Shown: in pieces, positions 22,781 through 31,055 of the stretch | How the letters are laid out: each line of letters opens with the position of its first letter | How positions within the stretch are numbered: position 1 is the first letter of the stretch | Source of the DNA: Dehalococcoidia bacterium | Lineage (GTDB): Bacteria; Chloroflexota; Dehalococcoidia; UBA6926 | Reading direction: 5' to 3' | NCBI GenBank assembly: GCA_965207895.1 | Contig: CBDBNN010000002.1 | Span: 92,498 to 156,497 of the forward strand | Length of the DNA: 64,000 nt | Notes under the pieces: model-generated | What the model was told of the DNA's origin: nothing | Database searches by the model: none | What the model saw: the letters and a program-made list of their open reading frames with translations, nothing else | Made by a program: the position numbers and the translations under genes

Positions 22781-23530
22781 ATGGGTGAAGAATGGCGTTT
22801 GGTTCCGGACGCGAGATCAACCGGGCAGGAAAACATGGCTCTGGATGAAGAGCTTGCCGTGGAGGTGGCTGAGGGGAAATCCGCGTCGGTTGTACGGATC
22901 TATGCATGGCCCTGCCCTACGGTGACACTGGGACGCTATCAGAAAGGTGAGCCGCTGCTTGACGTTCAACGGTGTGAGCAGTTTGGCATCGAGATCGTGC
23001 GGCGCCCAACCGGAGGCAAGGCAATCCTGCACTCTGTTGGAGACGTGACCTACAGCGTTATCGCGCCTATCAACGAGGAGCCATTCTCGTACGACGTGCT
23101 GAGGAGCTACGCAGCAGTCAACGAAGGGTTGGTGGCCGGACTGAAAATGTTAGGTGTCCGTGCCACCGTGCGTGACCCTGCTCCAATCTGGCCGGAAATC
23201 GGTATTGATTTCGGCTGCTTCGAGACGCCGGGGCGGCATGAGGTGTACTGGGCCGGGCGAAAGATGGTGGCCAGCGCGCAGCGCCGCACGGGAGGAGTGG
23301 TCCTCCAGCACGGGACGATTCCACTTGCGGAGACAGGCTCGGGTCTGGCTGACCTCTTGCATCTCGACCCCGGGAGCCGGGAGAGACTTCGGCGGGACTT
23401 GAATGACCGGACAGGAACGCTGGCAAAAGCTTTGGATAGTACTCCCGGCTTTCGAGAGGTAGAGCGGGCGCTGAGCGAGGGTTTCAAGCAAGCATGGAGC
23501 CTGTCATTCCGAACGGAGTGGGGAATCTAA
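22781..23530 (+). CDS. Lipoate--protein ligase / LipM-like octanoyltransferase (BPL_LplA_LipB family)
   Basis: NMALDEEL, RRPTGGKAILH, GRKMVASAQ, VLQHGTI. Confidence 0.88.
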   Translation: MGEEWRLVPDARSTGQENMALDEELAVEVAEGKSASVVRIYAWPCPTVTLGRYQKGEPLLDVQRCEQFGIEIVRRPTGGKAILHSVGDVTYSVIAPINEEPFSYDVLRSYAAVNEGLVAGLKMLGVRATVRDPAPIWPEIGIDFGCFETPGRHEVYWAGRKMVASAQRRTGGVVLQHGTIPLAETGSGLADLLHLDPGSRERLRRDLNDRTGTLAKALDSTPGFREVERALSEGFKQAWSLSFRTEWGI

Positions 23531-23586
23531 AAGCCTCGGCTGTGCAACCGGCATGTCTGTGGATTCTTCGCTGCGTTCAGAATGAC
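23503..23586. repeat. REP/MITE-like element with 25-nt imperfect terminal inverted repeats
   Basis: GTCATTCCGAACGGAGTGGGGAATC ... GATTCTTCGCTGCGTTCAGAATGAC; 20 of 25 positions match when one end is reverse-complemented. Confidence 0.7.
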
Positions 23587-23621
23587 GGACAGGGCGGGGC
23601 GCCAAGGTATACGCTTTCTGA

Positions 23622-25172
23622 ATGACGCTCGGGCAGAGACTTCGTTCAGGCCCTAAGTACAAGTGGCTGGTGCTTGTGACGGTTGGGCTTGGGATTCTAA
23701 CGAGCACAGTTGACGGCTCCATCACGAACATTGCCCTGCCTGAGCTTGCCGATGTTTTCGGCGTTGACGCGAGTGTCATTCTCTGGGTCAGCGTGGCGTA
23801 TCTGCTGGCGAGCATTGGATTGATGCTGACGCTGGGGAGCCTAGGCGACGCCATCGGACGCAAGCAGGTTTTTCTGACGGGATTCCTCGTCTTCGGCATC
23901 GGGTTGGTGATCACTCCGTTGAGCACGACACTGCCGATGCTGCTGTTTGGACGAGTCGTGCAGGGCATAGGGCAGGCAATGATCCTCGCCAACGGCAACG
24001 CGCTTGTCGTTGACGCGTTTCCTGATACGGAACGCGGGCGCGCGATTGGAATGGAGAACGCTTTCGTCGGAGTGGGCCTGGCAAGTGGTCCGCCGCTTGG
24101 CGGGTTCCTGCTCGACATCTGGGGATGGCAATCGCTGTTCTGGACGCGGGCACCGTTCATGGCGGCCTTCTTCGTGATGGGGCTGCTGTTCCTGAGAAAT
24201 GACCGGCAGGAAGGCAACCACGTTCGATTCGACATTCTCGGTGCGGTGGCGCTATTTGGGTTCATATCAGCATTCCTGTTGGCGCTGAACCGTGGGCCGA
24301 AGCTGGGCTGGACGGAGCCGACAATCATCGGGCTGGGAGCGCTCGCGCTGGTGACGTTCATCGGGTTCCTGTATGTGGAATCACGGCAGCGTATGCCAAT
24401 CTTCGAGATTCACATGCGGGGCGTCCGGTTCCTGCGAGATCACTTACCTGTGCTGGAACTAAACCTCTTTCGCAACCGCATGTTCTCGTTCGCGAACGCC
24501 ACGAATGCGCTCCAGTTCTTGAGCCAGGGCGCAATAGTCATTCTGCTGCCGTTCTTCCTGCTTGAGGGACGTGGATTCACGGCGACGGAAGCGGGTCTAA
24601 TACTCATCACGCTGCCCGTGGTGCGGCTGGGCGTCGCGCCGGCGGCGGGGTGGGCGGCGGACAAGTGGCCATCACGAATTGTATCCACGTTCGGATTGCT
24701 CGTGATGACGGGCGCATACTTTGGACTCCGGAGCGTAGGCATCGACACGCCCGTGGCACTTCTTGTGACGCTGCTGCTGCTGGAGGGGACGGGCAGTTCG
24801 ATCTTCGGGCCTGGAAACAACAGCGCGATCATGGGCTCCGTGCCACCCTCTCACCTCGGCACAGCATCCGGGATGATCGGCACGGTGCGGCAGGTGAGCA
24901 TGGCAACAGGTATCGCAGTGGCAGGCACGCTCTATGCCGTGATCCAGAGCGATGAGGAGTCGCGGCTTCTTGCGGCTGGGCTATCGGCAGAAGAGGCAAT
25001 GAGTCAATCGGTCACGACCGGATTCCAGGATGTATTGACAATCATGCTTGTGACACTTGTTGCAGCCATCTTCGTATCAATACTACGGGGCAAGGATCCG
25101 CCTCATCGCGATGTGCCACGCGGCGGGCGCGGGGCGGGAGCACCCGCAGCCCAACGGCGAGGATCGGCATAG
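23622..25172 (+). CDS. MFS efflux transporter, DHA2/EmrB-QacA-like (copy 1)
   Basis: About 14 TM segments; GSLGDAIGRK motif A, RVVQGIG motif B, GPPLGGFL motif C. Confidence 0.9.
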   Translation: MTLGQRLRSGPKYKWLVLVTVGLGILTSTVDGSITNIALPELADVFGVDASVILWVSVAYLLASIGLMLTLGSLGDAIGRKQVFLTGFLVFGIGLVITPLSTTLPMLLFGRVVQGIGQAMILANGNALVVDAFPDTERGRAIGMENAFVGVGLASGPPLGGFLLDIWGWQSLFWTRAPFMAAFFVMGLLFLRNDRQEGNHVRFDILGAVALFGFISAFLLALNRGPKLGWTEPTIIGLGALALVTFIGFLYVESRQRMPIFEIHMRGVRFLRDHLPVLELNLFRNRMFSFANATNALQFLSQGAIVILLPFFLLEGRGFTATEAGLILITLPVVRLGVAPAAGWAADKWPSRIVSTFGLLVMTGAYFGLRSVGIDTPVALLVTLLLLEGTGSSIFGPGNNSAIMGSVPPSHLGTASGMIGTVRQVSMATGIAVAGTLYAVIQSDEESRLLAAGLSAEEAMSQSVTTGFQDVLTIMLVTLVAAIFVSILRGKDPPHRDVPRGGRGAGAPAAQRRGSA

Positions 25173-25184
25173 GCCTTTCAGCTG

Positions 25185-26690
25185 TTGAGACAACTGACGG
25201 AAAGGCTGCGAACGGCCGGCTATTACAAATGGCTCGTGCTTCTCACGGTTGGCGTGAGCATCCTCACAAGCGCCTTCGACGTGGGAATAACGAACATAGC
25301 GTTGCCCGAGCTTGGGCGAGAGTTCGACGTCGAACCGGATGTCATTCTCTGGGTAAGCGTCATTTATTTGCTGGCAAGCCTCGGGTTGAGCCTGACGTTT
25401 GGCAGCCTGGGCGACGCGATTGGCCGCAAACAGGTCTTTCTAAGCGGTTTCCTTGTCTTTGGGCTTGGGCTGGTCATTGCCACCTTGAGCACGACGCTCC
25501 CAATGCTGTTGGTTGCCCGGGTGATTCAGGGCATCGGGCTGGCGCTCTTCATTTCCAACAGTGATGCCATCGTAGTCGGGGCCTTTCCCGAAGCCGAACG
25601 GGCACGGGCAATCGGGCTGGAAAACGTCTTCGTAGGAATCGGCCTCTCGATCGGCCCGCTGCTGGGGGGATTCCTCCTGGACACGCTCGGATGGCAGGCG
25701 CTCTTCTACACCCGCATTCCATTTATTCTGCTTTTCTTTGTGATGGGGCTCGTCATTCTGCGGAACGACCGTACAGAGGGCCGTCATGTCCGGTTCGACT
25801 TCTTTGGGGCAGTCCTTCTCTTCGGCTTCATGACGGCGTTCCTGTTGGTGCTCAACCGGGGGCCAATTCTCGGCTGGTCCGAGCCTCTCATCATTGGACT
25901 CGCAGCGGCTGCACTCGTCTCGTTCGCCGTGTTCATGTACATACAGTCGCGACCGGACATGATTGTTCTTCAAATTCGCAGGAGCGGAGTCCAGTTCCTG
26001 CGCGAGCGTCTCCCCATCCTGGAGTTGAGCCTGTTCTTAATCCGGCAGTTCTCCGCATCAAATGCCACCAACACGCTCCAATTCATCACGCAAGGGGCGC
26101 TCATCATTCTCCTGCCGTTCTTCCTGCTGGACGGGCGTGGTTTGACACCGACTGAGGCGGGCCTGATCCTGGTCACGCTGCCGATCGTGCGGCTTTTCGT
26201 TGCTCCCTCCGCCGGATGGGTTGCGGACAAAGTCTCGGCGCGTGTTCTTGCGACATTGGGCCTAATGGTGATGACCGTCGCCTACTATGCGTTGACCTAT
26301 ATCGGTGTTGACACGCACATCGCCATCTTTGTGGCCGTGCTGCTCTCGCTGGGAACGGGCATCTCCATCTTTGAGCCGGGCAATAACACTGCGCTTGTGA
26401 GTTCAGTGCCGCCTCATCGCCTCGGAACAGCTTCAGCCATGATCGCCACCGTGCGGCAGGTCAGCCAGGCGACTGGTATCGCCATCGCCGGGACGTTGTT
26501 TGCCGTTATCCAGCGCGATGAGGAGGCACGGCTCCTGGGCACCGGACTAGACGCTGGAACGGCAATGGCCCAGTCAGTCACGACAGGCTACCAGGACGTC
26601 ATTGCATACCTGACCGTCTTGCTTTTGGTGGCGATATTTGTGTCGGCTCTCAGAGGGCGGGACCCGGTGCGCGTGAGTGCGGCTCCCTGA
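25185..26690 (+). CDS. MFS efflux transporter, DHA2/EmrB-QacA-like (copy 2, tandem paralogue)
   Basis: Same motifs as copy 1 and visibly collinear with it along the whole length. Confidence 0.9.
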   Translation: MRQLTERLRTAGYYKWLVLLTVGVSILTSAFDVGITNIALPELGREFDVEPDVILWVSVIYLLASLGLSLTFGSLGDAIGRKQVFLSGFLVFGLGLVIATLSTTLPMLLVARVIQGIGLALFISNSDAIVVGAFPEAERARAIGLENVFVGIGLSIGPLLGGFLLDTLGWQALFYTRIPFILLFFVMGLVILRNDRTEGRHVRFDFFGAVLLFGFMTAFLLVLNRGPILGWSEPLIIGLAAAALVSFAVFMYIQSRPDMIVLQIRRSGVQFLRERLPILELSLFLIRQFSASNATNTLQFITQGALIILLPFFLLDGRGLTPTEAGLILVTLPIVRLFVAPSAGWVADKVSARVLATLGLMVMTVAYYALTYIGVDTHIAIFVAVLLSLGTGISIFEPGNNTALVSSVPPHRLGTASAMIATVRQVSQATGIAIAGTLFAVIQRDEEARLLGTGLDAGTAMAQSVTTGYQDVIAYLTVLLLVAIFVSALRGRDPVRVSAAP

Positions 26691-26727
26691 CCCTCCACAG
26701 AGGGATTAAGGCGCAAAATACGCATCA

Positions 26728-26754
26728 GATTCTGGCCGTGCGGCCAGAATGACG
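26728..26754. repeat. CGTC-type REP palindrome between the convergent MFS2 and prx genes
   Basis: GATTCTGGCCG-TG-CGGCCAGAATGACG; shares the GAATGACG end with the element at 23503-23586. Confidence 0.65.
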
Positions 26755-26769
26755 ATGTAAGGTGGCTAG

Positions 26770-27228
26770 CTAGGAACCAAGGCCGCGTACAGCTTCGAGA
26801 GCCTCGTTGGCATGACGTTCCATGTCGCCGGGGTCATCGATGACGTGACGGAGGACGCCGTCCTTGTCGATGACGTAGGTGACGCGCCGAATCATGCTTC
26901 GCTCTTCGTTCCACGCGCCGAGCGTCTTGGCGGCCTCGTGGTTCGGATAGCCGCTGACGAGCCGGTAACTCAGCCCGCAATGCTGCGCAAACGCCGCCTG
27001 GCTTGGAATCAGATCAACACTTGAACCCCAGACCTGGGTGTTTAGCTTTTGGAATTCGTCGTGCAGACGCTCGAACTCCCTTAGCTCTCGCTCTCAACCG
27101 CCTGTAAACGCGGCAGCATAAAACGCAATGACAAGGTTTTCCTCGCCCTTGAGGTCTGCGGTGCTAATCGTCTCACGAAATCCGGATGTAAAGGTCAGAT
27201 CCGGCAACTGTTGTCCAACTTCCGGCAT
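26770..27228 (-). CDS. Selenocysteine-containing peroxiredoxin (AhpC/TSA, BCP/AhpE-like); in-frame TGA at 27096-27094
   Basis: Manual translation: MPEVGQQLPDLTFTSGFRETISTADLKGEENLVIAFYAAAFTGG-U-ERELREFERLHDEFQKLNTQVWGSSVD...RRVTYVIDKDGVLRH...GS* (152 aa). TGA falls at the peroxidatic Cys of TxxC. Absent from the ORF track. Confidence 0.88.
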
Positions 27229-27312
27229 GGTCATGGTTTGTTCAATCCCCCGTTTACAGCGGCCAAGTCATGTATGCCGCGCTGCCATCGTATCGTGTTG
27301 ACGAGTTTTCTG

Positions 27313-27795
27313 TCAGCCGGGCAGAACGCCCCTTCTTTCCTTAGGCTCATGGCAATACCACACCCGGCCCGCAATGGCAGAGCGCTCGACAGGGCCAAAT
27401 GCGCGGCTGTCCCTGCTGTCACCGCGATTGTCGCCGAGTAGGAAGAACTGTTCCTCGCCCATCGCCCATTCGTGGCCATCTCCGGGATTCGGCCTCGACG
27501 GCGCGCGTGAGACATACGCCTCCGAGAGCGGCTCGCCGTTCACATAGATAGCTCCATCTACCATTGCGACGCGTTCATTCGGCAGACCGCAAACCCGCTT
27601 CATGGATACCCCTCCGGATTCGGGCTCCCTGAAAGCCACGACATCACCCCTTCGCGGTGTTCCACCGGGGAAACGCCGCGATACAAGGACCATGTCGTCC
27701 TCCAGTAAGTATGGTTCCATGCTGTGGCCGGCCACGCGGAACCGGAGAGAGCTAAACAGGTCCAGCAGGCGGGAGGGATGCAGCCACCAGGGCAT
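27313..27795 (-). CDS. sodX: S26-family peptidase; NiSOD maturation protease (SodX/SppX-like)
   Basis: GHSMEP (Ser), SMKRV (Lys), LLGDNRGDSRDSRAFGPV; divergent from sodN. Confidence 0.8.
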   Translation of the reverse strand: MPWWLHPSRLLDLFSSLRFRVAGHSMEPYLLEDDMVLVSRRFPGGTPRRGDVVAFREPESGGVSMKRVCGLPNERVAMVDGAIYVNGEPLSEAYVSRAPSRPNPGDGHEWAMGEEQFFLLGDNRGDSRDSRAFGPVERSAIAGRVWYCHEPKERRGVLPG

Positions 27796-27914
27796 CAGAG
27801 GTCCCTTACTATGCCTGCGGCATTCCTTGCCCTATGAGTGGGGGCTACCGTACAATCTTTCACGTTTGAATCCGCTTGAGCCAACTTGAAAATTGGGGAC
27901 GATAGGAGGAAGAA

Positions 27915-28409
27915 ATGTCCGCACTTAGTATAGCCCTGCGAGCTGTCGAAAAGCTCTCTCCCGCCCGCACTGCCAACGCGCACTGTGATATTCCGTGTGG
28001 TATCTATGATCCGCACGCAGCCCAGATCGCGGCGCACACGGTTGTGCGGATGGTGAATTTGATTGAGGACCTGGGCGAGGTCTCAGACGCCGAGTCGCGC
28101 AACAAGCTCATACGCTACATCGCCGTCAAGGAAGAGCATGCTGAGCTTGCCAAGAAAGAGCTGCGCATCCTGTGGGGCGACTATTTCCGCCCCGAGCACC
28201 TGGAGCAGCACCCGAATCTGCACAACCTGTTCTTCACCGCGATGAAGCAGGGTTCCGCCGCGCGGCAGAGCGTCAGTATGGACAACGCTCAAGCGCTTGT
28301 GTCGACGGTGCAGGAGATCGCCGAGATTTTCTGGGCGACCAAGGGCGCGGAGACATCCCGACAGCCGTCTCGTCAGACGTCCGGCGGGGAGATCGTGTAT
28401 CCGGCGTAG
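27915..28409 (+). CDS. sodN: Nickel superoxide dismutase precursor
   Basis: 22-aa leader followed by the Ni-hook HCDIPCGIYDP; KEEHAE...ILWGDYF. Confidence 0.96.
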   Translation: MSALSIALRAVEKLSPARTANAHCDIPCGIYDPHAAQIAAHTVVRMVNLIEDLGEVSDAESRNKLIRYIAVKEEHAELAKKELRILWGDYFRPEHLEQHPNLHNLFFTAMKQGSAARQSVSMDNAQALVSTVQEIAEIFWATKGAETSRQPSRQTSGGEIVYPA

Positions 28410-28418
28410 ACTATTCCT

Positions 28419-28775
28419 ATGGGATTCGTTAGCAGCACTCTCCGTCTGGCCAACCTCAACGGAGGTTCTTGGGCGGAAGTCAAAGCAACTGTCGATACGG
28501 GCGCGACGTATACCGTCGCGCCCGGTCGATTGCTGAGAGAGTTGGGTATTGAGCCGCTACGGACATCAAAAGTAGAGCTTGCTGACGGATCCGTCAGGGA
28601 ATATCAGCGCGGAGAGGCTCGCGTTACTATCGACGGCAGTTCGGCAGTAACGCCAGTTATCTTTGGGGAAGACGATGCGGAGCCTCTAATCGGTGTCGTC
28701 ACACTCGAAGAGTTGGAATTAGCGATTGATCCGATTGGTGAACGCCTCGTTCCCGTTCAGTTCATTCGCATGTAA
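28419..28775 (+). CDS. Clan AA (retroviral-like) aspartyl protease
   Basis: VDTGATYT catalytic motif; PLIGVVTLEELELAIDP. Confidence 0.85.
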   Translation: MGFVSSTLRLANLNGGSWAEVKATVDTGATYTVAPGRLLRELGIEPLRTSKVELADGSVREYQRGEARVTIDGSSAVTPVIFGEDDAEPLIGVVTLEELELAIDPIGERLVPVQFIRM

Positions 28776-28783
28776 CGTTCTCT

Positions 28784-29245
28784 TCACGGGTATCCTATCT
28801 CGCTGTCAAAAGACGGCTCTGAAGCAACCTGTCCGCTGGCGTCCAGGTACCAGCCGTAGTTTCCGCTCGGCGCGTTTGTCGCGCCGACGTTCAGCGTAGT
28901 CTCGGCGGATGTGATGTCGGCAGTGGATTCCAGGCCGCCGTGCTCTGCAAGCAGCTCAAAGGCGAGCCAGGAGCAGATTTCCCCTCCGTCTGAGCCATCG
29001 CATTGGTAGCCTGCCGCATTTCCCTCGCGCGGCACGCCGATCTCGCCGGAGAGTGTCGGCCATTCCTGTTGAGGAAAAACCCGCGCCTCCTGATAGATAG
29101 GGATGACGTCTTGCAGCAGCGCGCGGTCGGCATTATGAGCGCGCTCGCCGAGGACGCCACGAATGGCAGGAGCAAGCAGGATTGCAAGTGCAACCAGAAC
29201 GATGATGATGACGAGGGCGGATAGTTTCCTAGTGAACCGTCGCAC
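28784..29245 (-). CDS. Hypothetical protein with N-terminal TM helix, degenerate pilin-like
   Basis: Basic N-terminus, hydrophobic helix, then an amphipathic helix ending WPT. Lacks the canonical G|FxxxE prepilin motif. Confidence 0.6.
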   Translation of the reverse strand: MRRFTRKLSALVIIIVLVALAILLAPAIRGVLGERAHNADRALLQDVIPIYQEARVFPQQEWPTLSGEIGVPREGNAAGYQCDGSDGGEICSWLAFELLAEHGGLESTADITSAETTLNVGATNAPSGNYGWYLDASGQVASEPSFDSEIGYP

Positions 29246-29272
29246 GATGGGGCCTTATTGGGCCGCCGACGC

Positions 29273-29503
29273 TCAGGAGGCTTCGCGCTTGATTTCCAGG
29301 CTCTCGCCGGGGGCGAGCGCAACGCGCTTGACGGTGAGATTCATCTTGAGGAGCCAGTACCAGAGTGTGCCCTTGCTGATGCCGAGTTCCTCAGACATGC
29401 CGGGCAATCCAAGTTCGTTGTACATTTCAGGCAAAAGCCGCTCCAAGGGGCGCCCATAGCGCTCCTCAACCTGCTTCATCAGCTTGGTTTTTCCGCGTGC
29501 CAT
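29273..29503 (-). CDS. Small putative HTH DNA-binding protein
   Basis: 76 aa with GLPGMSEELGISKGTLWYWL (HTH-like); SD GGAGG and its own promoter. Confidence 0.7.
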   Translation of the reverse strand: MARGKTKLMKQVEERYGRPLERLLPEMYNELGLPGMSEELGISKGTLWYWLLKMNLTVKRVALAPGESLEIKREAS

Positions 29504-29523
29504 ACTGCCTCCGGAGCGTGGTC

Positions 29524-29619
29524 AGTCTATTCGCGCAGGAGCGGAAATGTCAAGTATTCCAAGACCAGTTTCAAACCCGGTCTAAAGACTTGACAGATTC
29601 GATATGACGTCAGTACGAT
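29524..29619. promoter_or_regulatory. Back-to-back sigma70 promoters for the HTH gene (-) and the aroF leader (+)
   Basis: Plus strand: TTGACA 29590-29595-N18-TACGAT 29614-29619. Minus strand: TTGACA 29553-29548-N18-TAGACT 29529-29524. Confidence 0.6.
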
Positions 29620-29628
29620 TTTGGCGTG

Positions 29629-29703
29629 ATGTTTGGCGCCGGCTATCGCTATTACGACTTTAGCTACCCCCTGCGGGGTGGGTCGCCGGCTTCGCTCGTC
29701 TGA
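29629..29703 (+). CDS. Tyr/Phe-rich leader peptide of the aroF attenuator
   Basis: MFGAGYRYYDFSYPLRGGSPASLV* contains 4 Tyr and 2 Phe in the first 13 codons. Confidence 0.75.
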   Translation: MFGAGYRYYDFSYPLRGGSPASLV

Positions 29704-29729
29704 TTGACGCGCATAGTAAGGAACAAGGC

Positions 29730-29759
29730 AAAGCCCCCCCGCATTAGTGGGGGGGCTTT
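29730..29759 (+). terminator. Attenuator terminator hairpin upstream of aroF
   Basis: AAAGCCCCCCCGC-ATTA-GTGGGGGGGCTTT followed by CCGTTATT. Confidence 0.8.
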
Positions 29760-29817
29760 CCGTTATTGGGAACGGTGAAGAGGGCATTGGCCGCGTGGCC
29801 GGAGGAAAGCACACGCA

Positions 29818-30840
29818 ATGATCGTCGTAATGCGAACTGACGCAACACAAGAAAACGTGGACGGCGTTGTCGAAAAGATCCAGGAACTTGGCTATCGGGC
29901 GGACGTGGAGCCCGGCGAGTTCACCAGTGTTGTTGCCGTCATCGGTGACACGACAGCAGGTGGCGACGACGTCCTGAGAATCCTGCCGGGTGTGGATCAC
30001 GTGGTCCGCATCATGAAGCCGTACAAGCATGTGAGCCGCGATTTTCGAAAGAGGGATACCGTTATCGATTTGCCAAATGGCGTGAAAATCGGCCCGAACG
30101 CGCCGGTGGCCATGATGGTAGGGCCGTGCGCAGTGGAGTCCGAGGAGCAGGTACGGCAGGTTGCCGAGATGGATCAGAAACTCGGCTTCAGCATTCTTCG
30201 CGGCGGCGCTTTCAAGCCACGCACCTCGCCGTACACATTCCAGGGGCTGGGCCTTGAGGGGCTGCGCATCCTGAGAAGCGTCGCCGATGAGTACGGTCTG
30301 ATGGTCATCACCGAAGTGATGTCCGAGATGGACGTGGAAATGTGCGAGGAGTACTCGGACATCCTCCAGATTGGCGCTCGCACCATGCACGCGTTCCGGC
30401 TGCTGAAGACCGTCGGACAAACGCGCAAGCCTGTATTGCTGAAGCGCGGATTCCACGCCACGATCCGCGAGTGGCTCCTGAGCGCTGAGTACATCATCAG
30501 CGAGGGCAATTGGAACGTCATCATGTGTGAGCGCGGCATCCGCAGCTTTGACGATGAGTTCTCACGGAACGTCCTTGACCTGACTGCCGTGCAAATCCTT
30601 AAGAGGGAGAGCCACCTGCCAGTTGTTGTTGATCCCAGCCACGGCACGGGTGAACGTGACTTGGTAATGCCGATGGCAAAGGCTGCCATCGCAGCAGGGG
30701 CGGACGGGCTTATCATCGAAGCACACCCGGACCCCACGACGGCGCTTTCTGACGGAGCACAGTCGCTGCCAGTGGATTGGCTGCCGGAATTGCAGAAACA
30801 GGTCAACGATATTGCCAAGGCAATCGGACGGGAGGTCTAG
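29818..30840 (+). CDS. aroF: DAHP synthase, class I-beta with N-terminal ferredoxin-like regulatory domain
   Basis: GPCAVES, RGGAFKPRTSPYTFQG, QIGARTM, PVLLKRG, CERGIRSF, DPSHGTG, EAHPDP..ALSDG. Confidence 0.95.
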   Translation: MIVVMRTDATQENVDGVVEKIQELGYRADVEPGEFTSVVAVIGDTTAGGDDVLRILPGVDHVVRIMKPYKHVSRDFRKRDTVIDLPNGVKIGPNAPVAMMVGPCAVESEEQVRQVAEMDQKLGFSILRGGAFKPRTSPYTFQGLGLEGLRILRSVADEYGLMVITEVMSEMDVEMCEEYSDILQIGARTMHAFRLLKTVGQTRKPVLLKRGFHATIREWLLSAEYIISEGNWNVIMCERGIRSFDDEFSRNVLDLTAVQILKRESHLPVVVDPSHGTGERDLVMPMAKAAIAAGADGLIIEAHPDPTTALSDGAQSLPVDWLPELQKQVNDIAKAIGREV

Positions 30841-30933
30841 GGCCACGGAGTCTCAGCATTCTTCCCTGCGCCTGCAATGACACGGCACAGGACATGACGC
30901 GAGAAGGCAGTGGTCAGTAGAATGCGTAGCAAC

Positions 30934-31020
30934 GGCAGGATGGCGGAGTGGACAAACGCACCAGGCTGTAAACTTGGCGCCCTAAGGGCTACGGGGGTTC
31001 GAATCCCTCTCCTGCCACCA
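30934..31020 (+). tRNA. tRNA-Tyr(GTA)
   Basis: GGCAGGATGGCGGAGTGGACAAACGCACCAGGCTGTAAACTTGGCGCCCTAAGGGCTACGGGGGTTCGAATCCCTCTCCTGCCACCA; long variable arm, encoded CCA. Confidence 0.95.
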
Positions 31021-31055
31021 CTCCGCCTTTACCTCAGAACGCCCGCGAGGCGCGT

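Noticed and set aside
26770-27228. Interpretation of prx (and of selD at 50077..51117) as nonsense pseudogenes
   Set aside because: In both genes the single TGA falls exactly on the catalytic Cys codon, the rest of the frame is intact, and a hairpin follows.
29604-29663. Second uORF MTSVRFWRDVWRRLSLLRL with two Trp codons upstream of aroF
   Set aside because: Its ATG lies in the spacer between the predicted -35 and -10 boxes, so it would not be transcribed from this promoter.
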